41,682 bases of DNA from a virus. Positions 41,477-41,682 of this stretch are shown in pieces. Position 1 is the first letter of the stretch, and every line of letters starts with the position of its first letter. The stretch covers positions 1 through 41,682 of the IMG/VR virus record IMGVR_UViG_3300049437_000042; one strand, written 5' to 3'. Below the pieces are notes generated by a model. The model searched no databases. It was not told the DNA's origin and saw nothing but the letters and a program-made list of their open reading frames with translations. A program made the position numbers and the translations under genes.

Positions 41477-41669
41477 GGCACGTGAGCGCTGGATCAGGGT
41501 CTACCCGGACCGACGGTGGCCTAGGGAGTGGACCTACCAGTGCCGGATCTGCGGGCACACCCCTGCGAGACTCGATCTCACCTGGACCAACAGCGGTGCC
41601 GCTGCCGATGCGGGTTGTAGGCACCTCTTCGTGTACCACGACAACCAAGACGTCACGCCCACGCAGTGA
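41469..41669 (+). CDS. Small Cys-containing protein (possible Zn-ribbon)
   Basis: 66 aa from a GTG that overlaps the previous gene by 8 nt. YQCRICGH ... GCRH. Its 3' end is duplicated at 1..114 by the terminal overlap. Confidence 0.5.
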   Translation: MSEARERWIRVYPDRRWPREWTYQCRICGHTPARLDLTWTNSGAAADAGCRHLFVYHDNQDVTPTQ

Positions 41670-41682
41670 TGGGACCGGTGTT
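41556..41682. repeat. Terminal direct repeat, copy 2 (identical to 1..127)
   Basis: Exact 127-bp identity with the first 127 bases of the window. Confidence 0.9.

Noticed and set aside
1-41682. Temperate lifestyle modules (integrase, attP, CI-like repressor, partition ATPase) and mobile elements.
   Set aside because: I found no tyrosine or serine recombinase, transposase or ParA-like translation in any frame. The only repressor-like candidate is the 32109..33236 protein, and that is speculative.

Overview
The window looks like one complete genome of a high-GC, siphovirus-type tailed phage, probably infecting an actinobacterium. Bases 1..127 repeat exactly at 41556..41682, so the record is probably a circular or circularly permuted assembly with 41555 bp of unique sequence. 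Plus strand, read across the junction: an HTH regulator and a small Zn-ribbon gene (40934..41669), family A DNA polymerase, prim-pol/NTPase, an AT-rich iteron region (candidate origin), endonuclease VII, and small and large terminase. After an interruption come a portal-MuF fusion, ClpP-like protease, HK97-type capsid, head and connector genes, two tail-tube-like genes, frameshifted tail chaperones, tape measure, minor tail proteins and a lysis cassette (endolysin, holin-like proteins, SGNH esterase). Minus strand, right arm 31376..40782: small early genes, SF2 helicase, a PD-(D/E)XK exonuclease fusion, a 1.15-kb non-coding structured-RNA locus, and a self-contained regulator unit. I found no integrase, transposase, CRISPR array or rRNA. 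Four things stand out. (1) Four tRNA-like modules (34396..35090) whose anticodon arms look non-canonical or carry insertions when folded by hand. (2) A dense cluster of the palindrome GCGGGTACCCGC (31770..32721) next to and inside a gene for a leaderless 375-aa putative DNA-binding protein. (3) A 4-kb reverse-oriented, own-promoter cassette (8208..12200) inserted between terminase and portal, encoding membrane, secreted and wHTH-like proteins plus a C5 methyltransferase. (4) GGGGGACCGG iterons flanking an AT-rich segment downstream of the primase gene. All calls rest on reading the sequence and translations by eye. No database search or folding program was run.
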